A program made the position numbers and the translations under genes. From Acidobacteriota bacterium (GTDB lineage Bacteria; Acidobacteriota; UBA6911; RPQK01; CBDAPI01): a DNA stretch of 64,000 nucleotides. The stretch spans positions 4,726,335 to 4,790,334 of the forward strand of contig OZ240092.1 of NCBI GenBank assembly GCA_965197285.1. The letters are read 5' to 3'. The notes beneath the pieces are model-generated. The model was not told the origin of the DNA. It did not search any database and was given only the letters and a program-made list of their open reading frames with translations. Below, one piece after another: positions 43,843-53,576 of the stretch (its first letter is position 1; each line of letters begins with the position of its first letter).

Positions 43843-44502
43843 CTACTCTTTCTCCTCGGGTGTCTCTTCGGCAGCCTCCGGCACTCCCTCGACATCCTCG
43901 GCGGCTTCCTCTTCAACCTCCTCCTCCAGCTCCGGCTCGACCTCGACCTTGGGCGGAACCACGGTCAAGAGCACCAGGTCCTGGTCGGACAAGACCTGAA
44001 TAGCTTCCTCCGTGATTTCCAGATCCCGCACCCGAATCGCCTCGCCCACCTCCAGTTCGGAAATGTCAACCCGGATGTGATCCGGTACGTCCCTGGGAAG
44101 ACACTCCACTTCAATCGCCCGAACGACGATGTCGAGAATACCGCCGCCCTTGACGCCCTCGGCCTCGCCGACAGGTTCAACGGGCACGCTGAAGGCTCGT
44201 GCTTCGTCCATCAAGATGGTCTGAAAGTCCGCGTGCAGTAGCTGGCCTCGAACCGGGTCTACCTGCAGTTCGCGGATCAGGACATCCATTTGTTCGTCAT
44301 TGATCTTCAGCTTAAAGATGGTGTTGCGACCCGACTCGGAATGCAGTATGGCGAAGACTTCCCTCGGATCAACGGCCACCGCGATCGGATCGATGGCCCT
44401 GCCATAGACAATGGCAGGAATTTGTCCGGTGGCACGAAGCCGACGGTTGGAATTCTTCCCCCGCTCTTTTCTGGGCAGGGCCGTCAGAACAAAATTAAAC
44501 AT
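43843..44502 (-). CDS. rplY: 50S ribosomal protein L25/general stress protein Ctc
   Basis: MFNFVLTALPRKERGKNSNRRLRATGQIPAIVYG... with a C-terminal acidic Ctc-type extension. Confidence 0.8.
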   Translation of the reverse strand: MFNFVLTALPRKERGKNSNRRLRATGQIPAIVYGRAIDPIAVAVDPREVFAILHSESGRNTIFKLKINDEQMDVLIRELQVDPVRGQLLHADFQTILMDEARAFSVPVEPVGEAEGVKGGGILDIVVRAIEVECLPRDVPDHIRVDISELEVGEAIRVRDLEITEEAIQVLSDQDLVLLTVVPPKVEVEPELEEEVEEEAAEDVEGVPEAAEETPEEKE

Positions 44503-44534
44503 CGTCTCGCTCTCCAGAAGTCCATCAAGCGGAT

Positions 44535-45464
44535 TCAAATGAACAGTTTGCTGACGGAGGTCTCCTCGTGAATGGATCGGATAGCTTCACCCAGCAGCGA
44601 GGCGACACTCAGAATCGTCAGTCTGTCGATCCGCTTTCCTTCACTCACTTTGATTGAATTGGTCACGATTACTTTTTCCAGTGGAGACTCGCGGAGCCTC
44701 TGAATGGCGGGTCCGGACAGGACCCCGTGAGTAGCTGCCGCAAAAACTCGTGTCGCCCCCTGATCTTTGAGAGCATGGGCCGCCTGCACCAGGGTGCCGG
44801 CGGTGTCAATCATGTCGTCCACGACGACCACCTCCTGGCCCCGGACATCACCGATAATGTTCATGATTTCCGCCTTATTGGCAACAACTCGACGTTTATC
44901 AATGATGGCAAGATTGGCCTTCAGCCGCTCTGCGTAAAAGCGCGCCCGCTCCACGCCGCCGGCATCCGGTGAAACGATGGCCGGGTTATTCAGCCCGATC
45001 GTTGCAAGATGTCCCAGAATCACCGGAGCCGCAAACAGATGATCCACCGGGATATTCAGAAAGCCCTGGATCTGATTCGCATGCAGGTCCATTGTGAGCA
45101 GGCGACTGGCCCCGACTGCAGTCAGCAAATCACCCACGATTTTGGCGGAAATGGGGACGCGGGGCTTGTCTTTCCGATCCTGCCGGGCGTATCCGTAGTA
45201 AGGCAGGACAGCCGTTATCCGCCGCGCCGACGCACGCTTGAAGGCGTCGATCATGATCAGCATCTCCATGATGCTTTCGTTGACCGGCGGACAACTGGGT
45301 TGGACTACGAAAACATCTGCTCCCCGCACGTTCTCCAGAACCTGGTAGGCGACCTCGCCGTCGCTGAAGCGCCGCAGGGACTGTTCGCCGGGGGGAACAC
45401 CCAGGTACTGGCAGATCTCTTCTGCGAGTTCCAGATTCGAGCTTCCGGCAAAGACTTTCAGCAT
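44535..45464 (-). CDS. prs: Ribose-phosphate pyrophosphokinase
   Basis: MLKVFAGSSNLELAEEIC...; the PRPP-binding site VVVDDMIDTAGT. Confidence 0.9.
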   Translation of the reverse strand: MLKVFAGSSNLELAEEICQYLGVPPGEQSLRRFSDGEVAYQVLENVRGADVFVVQPSCPPVNESIMEMLIMIDAFKRASARRITAVLPYYGYARQDRKDKPRVPISAKIVGDLLTAVGASRLLTMDLHANQIQGFLNIPVDHLFAAPVILGHLATIGLNNPAIVSPDAGGVERARFYAERLKANLAIIDKRRVVANKAEIMNIIGDVRGQEVVVVDDMIDTAGTLVQAAHALKDQGATRVFAAATHGVLSGPAIQRLRESPLEKVIVTNSIKVSEGKRIDRLTILSVASLLGEAIRSIHEETSVSKLFI

Positions 45465-46393
45465 GTGAAAACCTCGATCCCGCCCTCCTGCAGCGCAGCC
45501 CAATACCGGTGCCTGGCTAGAGTCAGGGTCTCGAAGACCTGCCCCACCTCGGCATCAGACACTCTCTTCGCCTCTACTCCGGTTTGGCTTTGCGAAGGAA
45601 CACCGAGAACCGTTGAACCACTGCCACAAAGTGAGACGCCTTCGCACCCCGCCCTCTCCAGCACCCGCCGGGTTTCTGCGAGGCGCGGAAAGCGCTTCAA
45701 AAGAGGAGTGTCAAAGTCGTTCTCAATAAGCACATGAACCCGCCGACCCTCCTCGGCATAGTCGCGGAAACGTTGGATTTTAGTATCCGTCCCGGTCTTT
45801 GTCAACCGCCTCGAGGAGGTGTTGAGAGGGGCACATTCCAACATTTGATACGCGTCCACCGTCGCCACGCGGAAACCCGGATAGCAGAGGATAAGCTCTT
45901 CCCGTGGCGGATCCGGCAGAGATCTTATTCGATCGCCCCGGCCCTGTCCCCAGGCCGTGCCCCCGGTCAGGAAGAACGGGACATCCGAGCCGAGTTTCCT
46001 TCCCAGTTTTAACAGACGGTCCGCATCCGCTCCACAGTCCCAGAGTCGATTCAGTCCCAGCAGGACCATCGCGGCATTCGATGAACCTCCGCCCAGGCCG
46101 GCGCCAACCGGAATTCTTTTCTCCACGAGGATCCTGGCGCCGGTCCCAACCGAGAATTCCGTCTTCAGAAGCGAGGCAGCGCGATGGGCCAGATTATTCT
46201 CGCCCTGAGCGACCTCGAAGCCCGTCGTCTTCAATTCGATCCCGTCCGCAGCCATCGACTCGATCGAGATCCGATCGGCCAGGTCGACAGTCTGCAGGAT
46301 CGTGCTTACTTCATGAAAGGAATCCGGCCGGCGGCCCAGTACCTTGAGGATCCAGTTGATCTTCGCAAACGATTCGATTCGTATCCTGTTCAC
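45458..46393 (-). CDS. ispE: 4-diphosphocytidyl-2-C-methyl-D-erythritol kinase
   Basis: GHMP kinase: ...AKINWILKVLGRRPDSFHEV..., PVGAGLGGGSSNAA. Confidence 0.85.
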   Translation of the reverse strand: MNRIRIESFAKINWILKVLGRRPDSFHEVSTILQTVDLADRISIESMAADGIELKTTGFEVAQGENNLAHRAASLLKTEFSVGTGARILVEKRIPVGAGLGGGSSNAAMVLLGLNRLWDCGADADRLLKLGRKLGSDVPFFLTGGTAWGQGRGDRIRSLPDPPREELILCYPGFRVATVDAYQMLECAPLNTSSRRLTKTGTDTKIQRFRDYAEEGRRVHVLIENDFDTPLLKRFPRLAETRRVLERAGCEGVSLCGSGSTVLGVPSQSQTGVEAKRVSDAEVGQVFETLTLARHRYWAALQEGGIEVFTC

Positions 46394-46468
46394 AACGCTG
46401 ACACAACCTGCGAGGAACGTGAAACGTGGAACCTTGAACGTTGAACAGTCTGATGGAGCAAGGGGGCT

Positions 46469-48469
46469 TCAGCGGTTCTTTTTCTTGCGCCGGTCTCTTT
46501 CCGGAACCTCGTTCTCGAGGGACGCCAGCTTCGCCTCCACCTTCTCCAATTCATCGGGATCCTCCGCCACGGCCACCGATTTACGGTAGTAGCCCAGAGC
46601 ACGAAAACGGTCACCCAGTCTGAGGTACAGATCACCCAGATGTTCAAGAATGGTCGGATCTCCCCCGTTGATCTGGATCGCTTGTTTGAGGTTCTCTTCC
46701 GCCAGCTCGAAGTTGTTGAGCTTGAAGTATACCCACCCCAGACTGTCAAGGTAGGCCCCGTTGTGAGGGTCCTTAGCAAGAGCTCGCTCAATGTACCCCA
46801 GCGCCTCCTCGAGTCGCAGTTCCCGGTCGGCCAGCATGTAGCCGAGATAGTTCAAAGCCGCCGAGTTTTCCGGATCTTCCGCCAGCACCTTCCTGAAGTA
46901 CTCTTCGGCTGTGGCGATCTGGTTGAGGCGCTCGAACACGGAACCCAGGAAAAAAATCAGGGCCTGGCTGGCGGGGTACTGGGCAAGACCTTCTTCCAGA
47001 ACCTGGCGGGCCTTATCGTAGCGGCGATGCTCGCTGTAAAGCTGGCCCACCGACAGGTAGTACTCTTCTGCTTCCTCACCGCCGGGGCTGGTTTTCTGCT
47101 TCCGTCGCAGCTCTTGTCTGAGCAGCCGGGCGGCCGCATCCAGCTCGCCGTCGCTGGAAAGAATCCGGGCATGAGTGATCACGAGGTTCGGATCTTCAGG
47201 TGCCTGCTCCAGTAGCTCGGCACTGAGTTTCCGGGCTTCGCTGAGCCTTCCTCCTTCCTTCAGTGCGTAGACGAGTCCAAGTTTCGCATCTACGTCATCG
47301 GGTAGGTCCCGGCACAGGTCCTGGAACAGCTCAATCGCCTTATCGTGTTGTCTCGTTTCCTGGTAGAGAACACCCAGAAACTGTCGGAAGCTGGTTCGAG
47401 GGTTCGTGGCCCCCGGCGAATTGGAGGCGGAAACCGACTCGGAGAGACTCAGCAGATGGTGCAGTCGCTCGATGGCCTCCTCCCGTCGCCCCAGGTGTCT
47501 CAGGGAAGACGCCAGGTAGTAGTTGGCCTCCCGGTTGTCCGGTTGTCGCTTCAGGACCGTTCGAAAACTCTCGACTGCTTCGGGGTACTGACGCGACCCT
47601 TCCTGGGCCTTTCCCAGTTCGACCAGCGCCTGAGGGTCGGTTGAGCCGCCCTCCACAACCTTGCGCAGAACTTCCTGGGCCTCGGCAAAGCGAGACTGGC
47701 GGATCAGCAGGCGCCCCAGGGGAAACTGCAGATTCCAGCGATGCTGACCTTTCGGGGTCAGCTCGACGGCCTGCTCATAGGTGTCGATGGCCTCATCGAA
47801 TCTCGACGCCCACTCGTACAATTGTGCCAGCAAAACCAGCCGATCGAGCCGGATAGGCGGATCCCCGGAGGCATCCTGCAGTACATCGATTGCCTCCTCC
47901 GTCTTTCCCAGGTTGGCCAGGGCCTGGGCCTGAAGCACATCCAACGTGCGGATGTCGGGACGGAGTGCCTTGAAAGCCTGGAAGGTGCGGGCTGCATCCT
48001 CCCATCGCTCGGCGGTAGAATAAACCTGGCCCAGGGCGGAAAGGGCTTCCGCATTGTGTGGTTCCAGCTCAACGGTCCGCGCGAGTGCCTCGATGGCGGG
48101 TTCCAGGGGTCCGGCCCCTCCCGCTCTCTGAACGCGAGTCTTGTAAATCAAGCCAAGCAGGAAATGAGGATCAGGGTTGTCGGAATCCAGCTCGATGGCT
48201 TTCTTGCACTCTCTGATCGAGTCGTCCAGGCGGCCGGCGTCGGCCAGCGACTGAGCCAGAGAAAAATGCAGGCTGGAGCTCTCGGGATCGTACTCCAGAG
48301 CCTTTCGCAGTTCTTCGATGGCTCTCTGCCGCTCTCCGTCGAGCCGCAGAAACTGGGCCAGGCCGAAGTGGTAGTAGGCCCGTGCCTGATCAGAAGGCGA
48401 TGCCGGGTGCTCCGGACTCTGAAGGGCGGGAGTCACAATCAACAGGGCCGCGAATAATAAAGCGATCAT
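46469..48469 (-). CDS. Secreted tetratricopeptide-repeat protein
   Basis: 666 aa. Signal peptide followed by more than 12 TPR units. Confidence 0.55.
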   Translation of the reverse strand: MIALLFAALLIVTPALQSPEHPASPSDQARAYYHFGLAQFLRLDGERQRAIEELRKALEYDPESSSLHFSLAQSLADAGRLDDSIRECKKAIELDSDNPDPHFLLGLIYKTRVQRAGGAGPLEPAIEALARTVELEPHNAEALSALGQVYSTAERWEDAARTFQAFKALRPDIRTLDVLQAQALANLGKTEEAIDVLQDASGDPPIRLDRLVLLAQLYEWASRFDEAIDTYEQAVELTPKGQHRWNLQFPLGRLLIRQSRFAEAQEVLRKVVEGGSTDPQALVELGKAQEGSRQYPEAVESFRTVLKRQPDNREANYYLASSLRHLGRREEAIERLHHLLSLSESVSASNSPGATNPRTSFRQFLGVLYQETRQHDKAIELFQDLCRDLPDDVDAKLGLVYALKEGGRLSEARKLSAELLEQAPEDPNLVITHARILSSDGELDAAARLLRQELRRKQKTSPGGEEAEEYYLSVGQLYSEHRRYDKARQVLEEGLAQYPASQALIFFLGSVFERLNQIATAEEYFRKVLAEDPENSAALNYLGYMLADRELRLEEALGYIERALAKDPHNGAYLDSLGWVYFKLNNFELAEENLKQAIQINGGDPTILEHLGDLYLRLGDRFRALGYYRKSVAVAEDPDELEKVEAKLASLENEVPERDRRKKKNR

Positions 48470-48536
48470 TCCTTTTCAACTATCGCAAAATCGACCGGTG
48501 CTGCCTAAATGCGCTTCGACTCTGCAGGGACTCCCC

Positions 48537-51290
48537 TCAGTCCAGGATCTGGCCAGGCACGGTGGAGAGGATCTCACCATCTTGGGAGAAGAACAGCTCG
48601 ACAGCGATTATGGAGACGTCCGAAAGCAGCTCAATGTGCCCTCCGATCTGTTCGATCTCCTGTCCAAAGAGTTGCTCCAAAAGGAGCGAAACCCGTCCAC
48701 CGGGTTGCAACACCAGCTGTGTAGCTGCGACCTGAGTACCATCTACCATTCGCAGGATCACAGTCACCGTGGCCGTTTGATCGGTCGGATTCAGGGCCAG
48801 CATTCCGGTGTCGAACCCGAGCCCCTGGGCCACATGGGAAAAGATGATCCGCTTGCCGCCCCCCGGGAAAAAGGGCAGAGCGCTCATGGCCCGGCCTTCG
48901 AAGAGTTGAAACTCCACACTGCCGAAAAGACCGGCCTGGTCACTTACGATGTCCACCCAGCCGGAGACAACCTGTCCTTCGTCCTGCAGACCGAAGAGCT
49001 CCGCGACATCTTCTTTCATGAGCATGGCGGACTGCAGAGTCACTTCTACAGGCGCTACCACTAACTGACTGTTGAGCGTGAGCGTAATGACCGCCTCTTC
49101 AGGGCTTCCGTTGATGACCGTCAGAGTCGAGGAATTCCCTCCGAACGCAACAATCTGGGGCGCAAGTTGGCGTTGCGCTAGCTGCGCCTCAGGCCCGACA
49201 GTCTGAGTTCCTTCCAGCACGGCGAGGTGCCGGTCGTCGTAGTACCGGACAAAAACGTTCTGGAGTTCCTGACCACTGAGTAGTAGATAGTATTCCTCTT
49301 CTTCTTCGATTTCCCCTGGAAAAAAGAGCCCGCCGAGTCCGTGGTCGATCACAAAGTTGGCGATTCTGCCGGCGGGCGCGATCGGAACGGAATTCGTCGA
49401 CACCAGCTCGCCGGCCGAATTCACGAGCTGGACGTCTACGCTGGACAGGGCCAGGCTCGAGTTGACGACGACCAGTTCAGCAATATAGTCGCCCGTCCCG
49501 CGAAAGTGGGTGACAATGTGCGCCAGCCCGCCCGGCCTACCCAGGCTGCCTCCGTCCATCCTCGTCACCGCTCCGTCCAGCGTAAGAAACATGCCGCTCA
49601 TTTCCTCGGCGTCCACATCCAGGTCCAGCCACCCCTGCACCGTTTCTCCAAAAGCAGCATCCAGAAAGCCGAGGGGCGTGAAGGAAACCTGCTCTTCCGG
49701 CTGCATAACGAGCGTCTGCGGATTCACGAATTCCACGACATTTTCACACTCTTCGTCCTCAGAATCGGCACAATCGTCGACATCTACGAAGGGGAATCCA
49801 ACATTGTTGTAAGCCAGACCGATGACCTCGATTTCCTTCCCGGCGACATTGGTGAGGGCGATACCGGTCGACCAGGCGGCATTCTGATCGAAGTGGGGCA
49901 GCACGAAGCGTCTCGTGGGCTTGAAGAGATCGACGCTGTTGTCATTGAAGATGAGAGCGGCGATGGTCTGCTCGTCCGGAGACACACTGACATCAAGCGC
50001 GCCTGCCGGGATAGTAAAGTTCTCGGGCTCGAAGTCCGGACTAACCGCAACGATATTGCGCAGATCTCCCGATGGCACATCGAATCGCACCACTGCATCC
50101 CGCACGGGCGATCCAAGGAGAATCTGGTCGCCCCTGAAGGCGGGGCGGCTGGTGGTTCGAAACTGCGATCTCGCATCCTGCGTCTGCCAGGATCCACGGG
50201 TCTCCGGATCGTAGCTGATAAACGTCACATCAGCCGCAGAAACGACGGCAAACAACGCGGAATCAGGGACCACGACCGCCATACCGGAGACTCCACCGGT
50301 GGCAAAAATTTCATCGACTTCTCCGGTCGCCATGTCAATCAAAAGCCCTCGATTGGCCGTGAACTCGGGGAGAAAGGAACCCGCCCCTGCGGACTGCTCT
50401 GCAATCATTCCCCAGTTTCCGTCCGGCGAGAAGGCCAGGTTGTTAGTGGCGACGAAGTCGTGGCGAACCTCAACCGTCTCTCCGCCGGGAATTGGAATCT
50501 CAAAAGGGTCGGGCACGATGCTTCCCGTCACGGTGAAAGTGCCCGTGTCGATCAGTTGCACGGAATCGGGCACCTCGTCACGGGGCAGGATGAGGGAGCC
50601 GATCAGAGTCAGCGCAAGCGTCGACGAGTCCGCCGAGATCGAGAGCGGCGTGGGCCGCGTACCCGTGTCGAACTTGAGCCGGGGACCAGCCTCGGTCAAG
50701 GTGGCGACGTCGATCCGCAGAAGCTCATCGGTCGCGGCAGAGGCGATAAAGGCCCGGGTGCCGTCTGCTGTGAAAACGAGGTTGTTGAAAAAGGAAAAAA
50801 AGACTTCCGTAAGTGCAAGCGTCCTGATCTCGAGAGATTCGAGATCGACCATGCTGATGGCCCCAATGCGGTCACCCTCGAAGTTGTTGGTCGCGTCACC
50901 GAAGTTCTCATCGATGAACAACGAGACGACCGCCACCTGTTTTCCGCCCGGCGCCACGGTAACCGACGCCGGATTCCCTGGAATCTCCAGGTCGACGGCC
51001 AATTCTCCGGTGGCCACATCCCACCCCAGCATCCGGTCAGATCCCGGAAACACCGCAAAGATGCGCGCCGAATCCGGAGTGAAAACGAGCTTCGGCGCAT
51101 AGTTGGCGTCACGCGCCGAGCTACCCGGAGAGAGGCCCTGATTCGTGAGCGGTTGCAGATTCGTGTCGAACCTGATTTCCTCACCCTCCGGAGCTTCCGG
51201 GGGCCGAAGAGTGCGCACCAGACGCTGCCCCAGGGCCGTAGTACTGACGCCGCAAACCAATGTAGCGACGAGCACGATCTGCTTGACCAT
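48537..51290 (-). CDS. Large secreted protein: N-terminal YVTN/lactonase-type beta-propeller plus C-terminal copies of the same ~50-aa module found in the protein at 6976..10113
   Basis: 917 aa. Signal peptide MVKQIVLVATLVCGVSTTALG. Propeller blades (...LAVDLEIPGNPASVTVAPGGKQVAVVS...). C-terminal modules ...VSGWVDIVSDQAGLFG... and ...IIFSHVAQGLGFDTGMLALNPTDQTATVTVILRMVDGTQVAATQLVLQPGGRVSLLLEQLF... align with ...IFAHVATTLGFFTGLAALNSAALPATVEIAVFDSEGSFLGG...LNPGVRISELI in the paralogue. Confidence 0.5.
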   Translation of the reverse strand: MVKQIVLVATLVCGVSTTALGQRLVRTLRPPEAPEGEEIRFDTNLQPLTNQGLSPGSSARDANYAPKLVFTPDSARIFAVFPGSDRMLGWDVATGELAVDLEIPGNPASVTVAPGGKQVAVVSLFIDENFGDATNNFEGDRIGAISMVDLESLEIRTLALTEVFFSFFNNLVFTADGTRAFIASAATDELLRIDVATLTEAGPRLKFDTGTRPTPLSISADSSTLALTLIGSLILPRDEVPDSVQLIDTGTFTVTGSIVPDPFEIPIPGGETVEVRHDFVATNNLAFSPDGNWGMIAEQSAGAGSFLPEFTANRGLLIDMATGEVDEIFATGGVSGMAVVVPDSALFAVVSAADVTFISYDPETRGSWQTQDARSQFRTTSRPAFRGDQILLGSPVRDAVVRFDVPSGDLRNIVAVSPDFEPENFTIPAGALDVSVSPDEQTIAALIFNDNSVDLFKPTRRFVLPHFDQNAAWSTGIALTNVAGKEIEVIGLAYNNVGFPFVDVDDCADSEDEECENVVEFVNPQTLVMQPEEQVSFTPLGFLDAAFGETVQGWLDLDVDAEEMSGMFLTLDGAVTRMDGGSLGRPGGLAHIVTHFRGTGDYIAELVVVNSSLALSSVDVQLVNSAGELVSTNSVPIAPAGRIANFVIDHGLGGLFFPGEIEEEEEYYLLLSGQELQNVFVRYYDDRHLAVLEGTQTVGPEAQLAQRQLAPQIVAFGGNSSTLTVINGSPEEAVITLTLNSQLVVAPVEVTLQSAMLMKEDVAELFGLQDEGQVVSGWVDIVSDQAGLFGSVEFQLFEGRAMSALPFFPGGGKRIIFSHVAQGLGFDTGMLALNPTDQTATVTVILRMVDGTQVAATQLVLQPGGRVSLLLEQLFGQEIEQIGGHIELLSDVSIIAVELFFSQDGEILSTVPGQILD

Positions 51291-51384
51291 AAGAACATCC
51301 GATTATAAGGCGTAGGTCCGCCTCGAAACAACTCAAGCAGTCTCGGGCGACAACGGACCCATACAGCGCTTCGGAGCCTACTCC

Positions 51385-51753
51385 TCAGTGACTTAGACGT
51401 CCCCGGAACTCAATTCGATCAATCAGTTTGTCGTCCCAGAAAGCATTGATTTTCTCGACCAGCATAGGCTCGAGGCGGGCCAGCTCCCGAATCCATCTCA
51501 TGGACGCCGCTTCTACGATCAATGTGGCCCGGAGAAGCCTGACGGGCCGGCTGTGGGCGGAGATCTCTTCTCCCGTGAGGTGAGGCCACAGACCCTGCAG
51601 GGCCGCGATCAGGGCTTCGGGATCCGCCCGGGCTTCGCGAAGGACAGCTGAGAAGTAGGATTGGAATGACCGCATTGAATGAAAGCCTCTCTCAGGTTTG
51701 AATCGAAACTCCTTTCTATGTGTCCGGGGCGCGAACTTCAAGCCTGAAATCAC
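51385..51753 (-). CDS. DUF721/DciA-like protein
   Basis: ...EEISAHSRPVRLLRATLIVEAASMRWIRELARLEPMLVEKINAFWDDKLIDRIEFRG matches the DUF721 (DciA) consensus. The true start may be the internal Met near 51675. Confidence 0.5.
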   Translation of the reverse strand: MISGLKFAPRTHRKEFRFKPERGFHSMRSFQSYFSAVLREARADPEALIAALQGLWPHLTGEEISAHSRPVRLLRATLIVEAASMRWIRELARLEPMLVEKINAFWDDKLIDRIEFRGRLSH

Positions 51754-52001
51754 TCCCCCCGCCTGCTTGTTCGGACGCCTTTGCTCCTGCTCTCACACAC
51801 ATTCCCCCTATCCCAACCAGGCTCTTGACTGGCCAGGAATCGATCCCAGGCGGGCACAGCGAAACGGGGAACCGCAGGCAAAGGCACGGGCAGGGAATGG
51901 GGCAAACAGCCGGTACTGTGCAAAAAGGCGACCTGAGAGACGTTATGCTACAGTCTCCCAGCACGCACGCTCGTGCCCCTTGCGGGGGAGTAAAAACGAA
52001 G

Positions 52002-52538
52002 ATGGATACTACACTCGTCCTCAATGCCACGTACGAGCCGATTCAAATTGTCTCCTGGCGACGCGCAGTTCGGATGCTGTTTCAGGACAAGGTCGAAGTA
52101 GTTGCCGAATACGATCGAGAGATTCGAAGCGTTTCACTGACCATCCGGATGCCCTCGGTCCTGCGCCTTCTTCACTACGTCAAGGTGAGGCCTCATCACA
52201 GCCGGGTTCGCTTTTCCCGAACCAATATCTACGCCCGCGATCGCCACACGTGCCAGTACTGCAGCCGCCGATTCGCGGCCCCACAATTGACCTATGATCA
52301 CGTGATGCCAGTAGCCCGCGGCGGCCCCAAGACCTGGGAAAATATCGTTACCTGTTGCGTGGTCTGCAATCGGAAGAAAGGAAACCGAACGCCTGAGGAG
52401 GCCGGGCTGGGCCTGTTGAAGAAGCCCAAGGCCCCCAACGGCGTCCATCACAAGATCCGGCTGAAGCTGCAGCAGCGCAGGCCGCCCGACAGCTGGAGAG
52501 ACTTCATTTTCTGGAACCTGGAAGTTCGGATTGAGTGA
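52002..52538 (+). CDS. HNH endonuclease (McrA-like)
   Basis: Start at MDTTLVLNATYEPIQIVSW (ATG 52002, preceded by GGGGGAG). HNH motif ...CQYCSRRF...YDHVMPVARGGPKTWENIVTCCVVCNRKKGNRTPEEAG. The listed ORF start at 51720 adds 94 low-complexity residues. Confidence 0.7.
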   Translation: MDTTLVLNATYEPIQIVSWRRAVRMLFQDKVEVVAEYDREIRSVSLTIRMPSVLRLLHYVKVRPHHSRVRFSRTNIYARDRHTCQYCSRRFAAPQLTYDHVMPVARGGPKTWENIVTCCVVCNRKKGNRTPEEAGLGLLKKPKAPNGVHHKIRLKLQQRRPPDSWRDFIFWNLEVRIE

Positions 52539-52544
52539 GTCGTT

Positions 52545-53238
52545 AATGAACCTTTCAGACAGTGCGCTGGCACTGTTCGCGCGCTTTCCCCGATCCGGCA
52601 GAGTGAAGACCAGACTTGCCGCCTCGATAGGCGACGGGCCGGCGCTGAAGCTTTACCTGGCGTTTCTGCTCGACGTGGTTGACCGCCTGGCCCTTCTTCC
52701 CGCCAGGTCGTTTCTTTTTCTGGCCGACTCCAGCGACGAGGAGAACACGAGCCTCGCCAGGGAGCATCGTCTTCCGGATCGCCTCCCGATCCGGCGCCAG
52801 CAGGGAACTGACCTGGGCGAGCGCCTGTGGAATGCCTATCTGGAGTTGTCTCAGAGCAGCCACAGGGTCGTGTTCATCGGAGCTGATTCTCCGACTCTCC
52901 CGGTTTCCCATATAGAAGAGGCATATCGAAAGCTTCACGACTACCCGGTAGTCCTGGGCCCGGTTGCCGACGGAGGATACTATCTTCTCGGTCTCTCCCA
53001 GCCGGCTCCCGAAGTTTTTCAGGGTATTGCCTGGGGGACATCCGAGGTTTTGACCCAGACTCGCGCACGTCTCGGTGACCGTAGCTGGTACGAACTGCCG
53101 CAATGGTACGACGTAGATACGGTAGAGGATTTGAAAACCCTGAGGGCAGACCTGCCGACGTGCCATCCTCCTCTGCTGCGAACCCGGAGCCTGGTTGAGT
53201 CCTGGGAGTGGCCGTCCACTGATCTGCGGCCGGGATGA
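52545..53238 (+). CDS. DUF2064 (TIGR04282-type) nucleotide-diphospho-sugar-transferase-fold protein
   Basis: ...ALFARFPRSGRVKTRLAASIGDGPALKLYLAFLLDVV... matches the DUF2064 N-terminal consensus (xPxxGxVKTRL). Confidence 0.55.
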
Positions 53239-53528
53239 AGATGCCGCACCGGTTGGCAGACCGTCCCCGATGCCAGGGCGGTCTGGGGGGCCGGAGAACG
53301 ACACGGGCAAGGGCAAAAGGCAGGGGCAAGGGTGGGGCCGTGAAATGGAGGCCATGAAGGGCGCGCCGTGTGAATGCGATGACATGGCAATGTCCGTGCA
53401 GGAGCGTAGGATGGAGGCTCCTGTTGGGGAACCCGGGCAGGGCTTTTTGCGTCATAGTCAGAGGCGATGCGACCAGAGGGGGCCGAGCGGCCGAGTGAGA
53501 CTTTTCTGCACAGCCGGCATCGGATTGT

Positions 53529-53570
53529 AGTGAAAGTGTTGAAGGGCGGCCTTTGCGCTTATTACAATAC
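53529..53570 (+). promoter_or_regulatory. Candidate sigma70-type promoter upstream of tonB (TTGAAG - 18 nt - TACAAT)
   Basis: ttgaagggcggcctttgcgcttattacaat lies 8-10 nt upstream of the TTG start of tonB, at the end of an unusual 340-bp G-rich intergenic region. Confidence 0.25.
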
Positions 53571-53576
53571 TGACTT

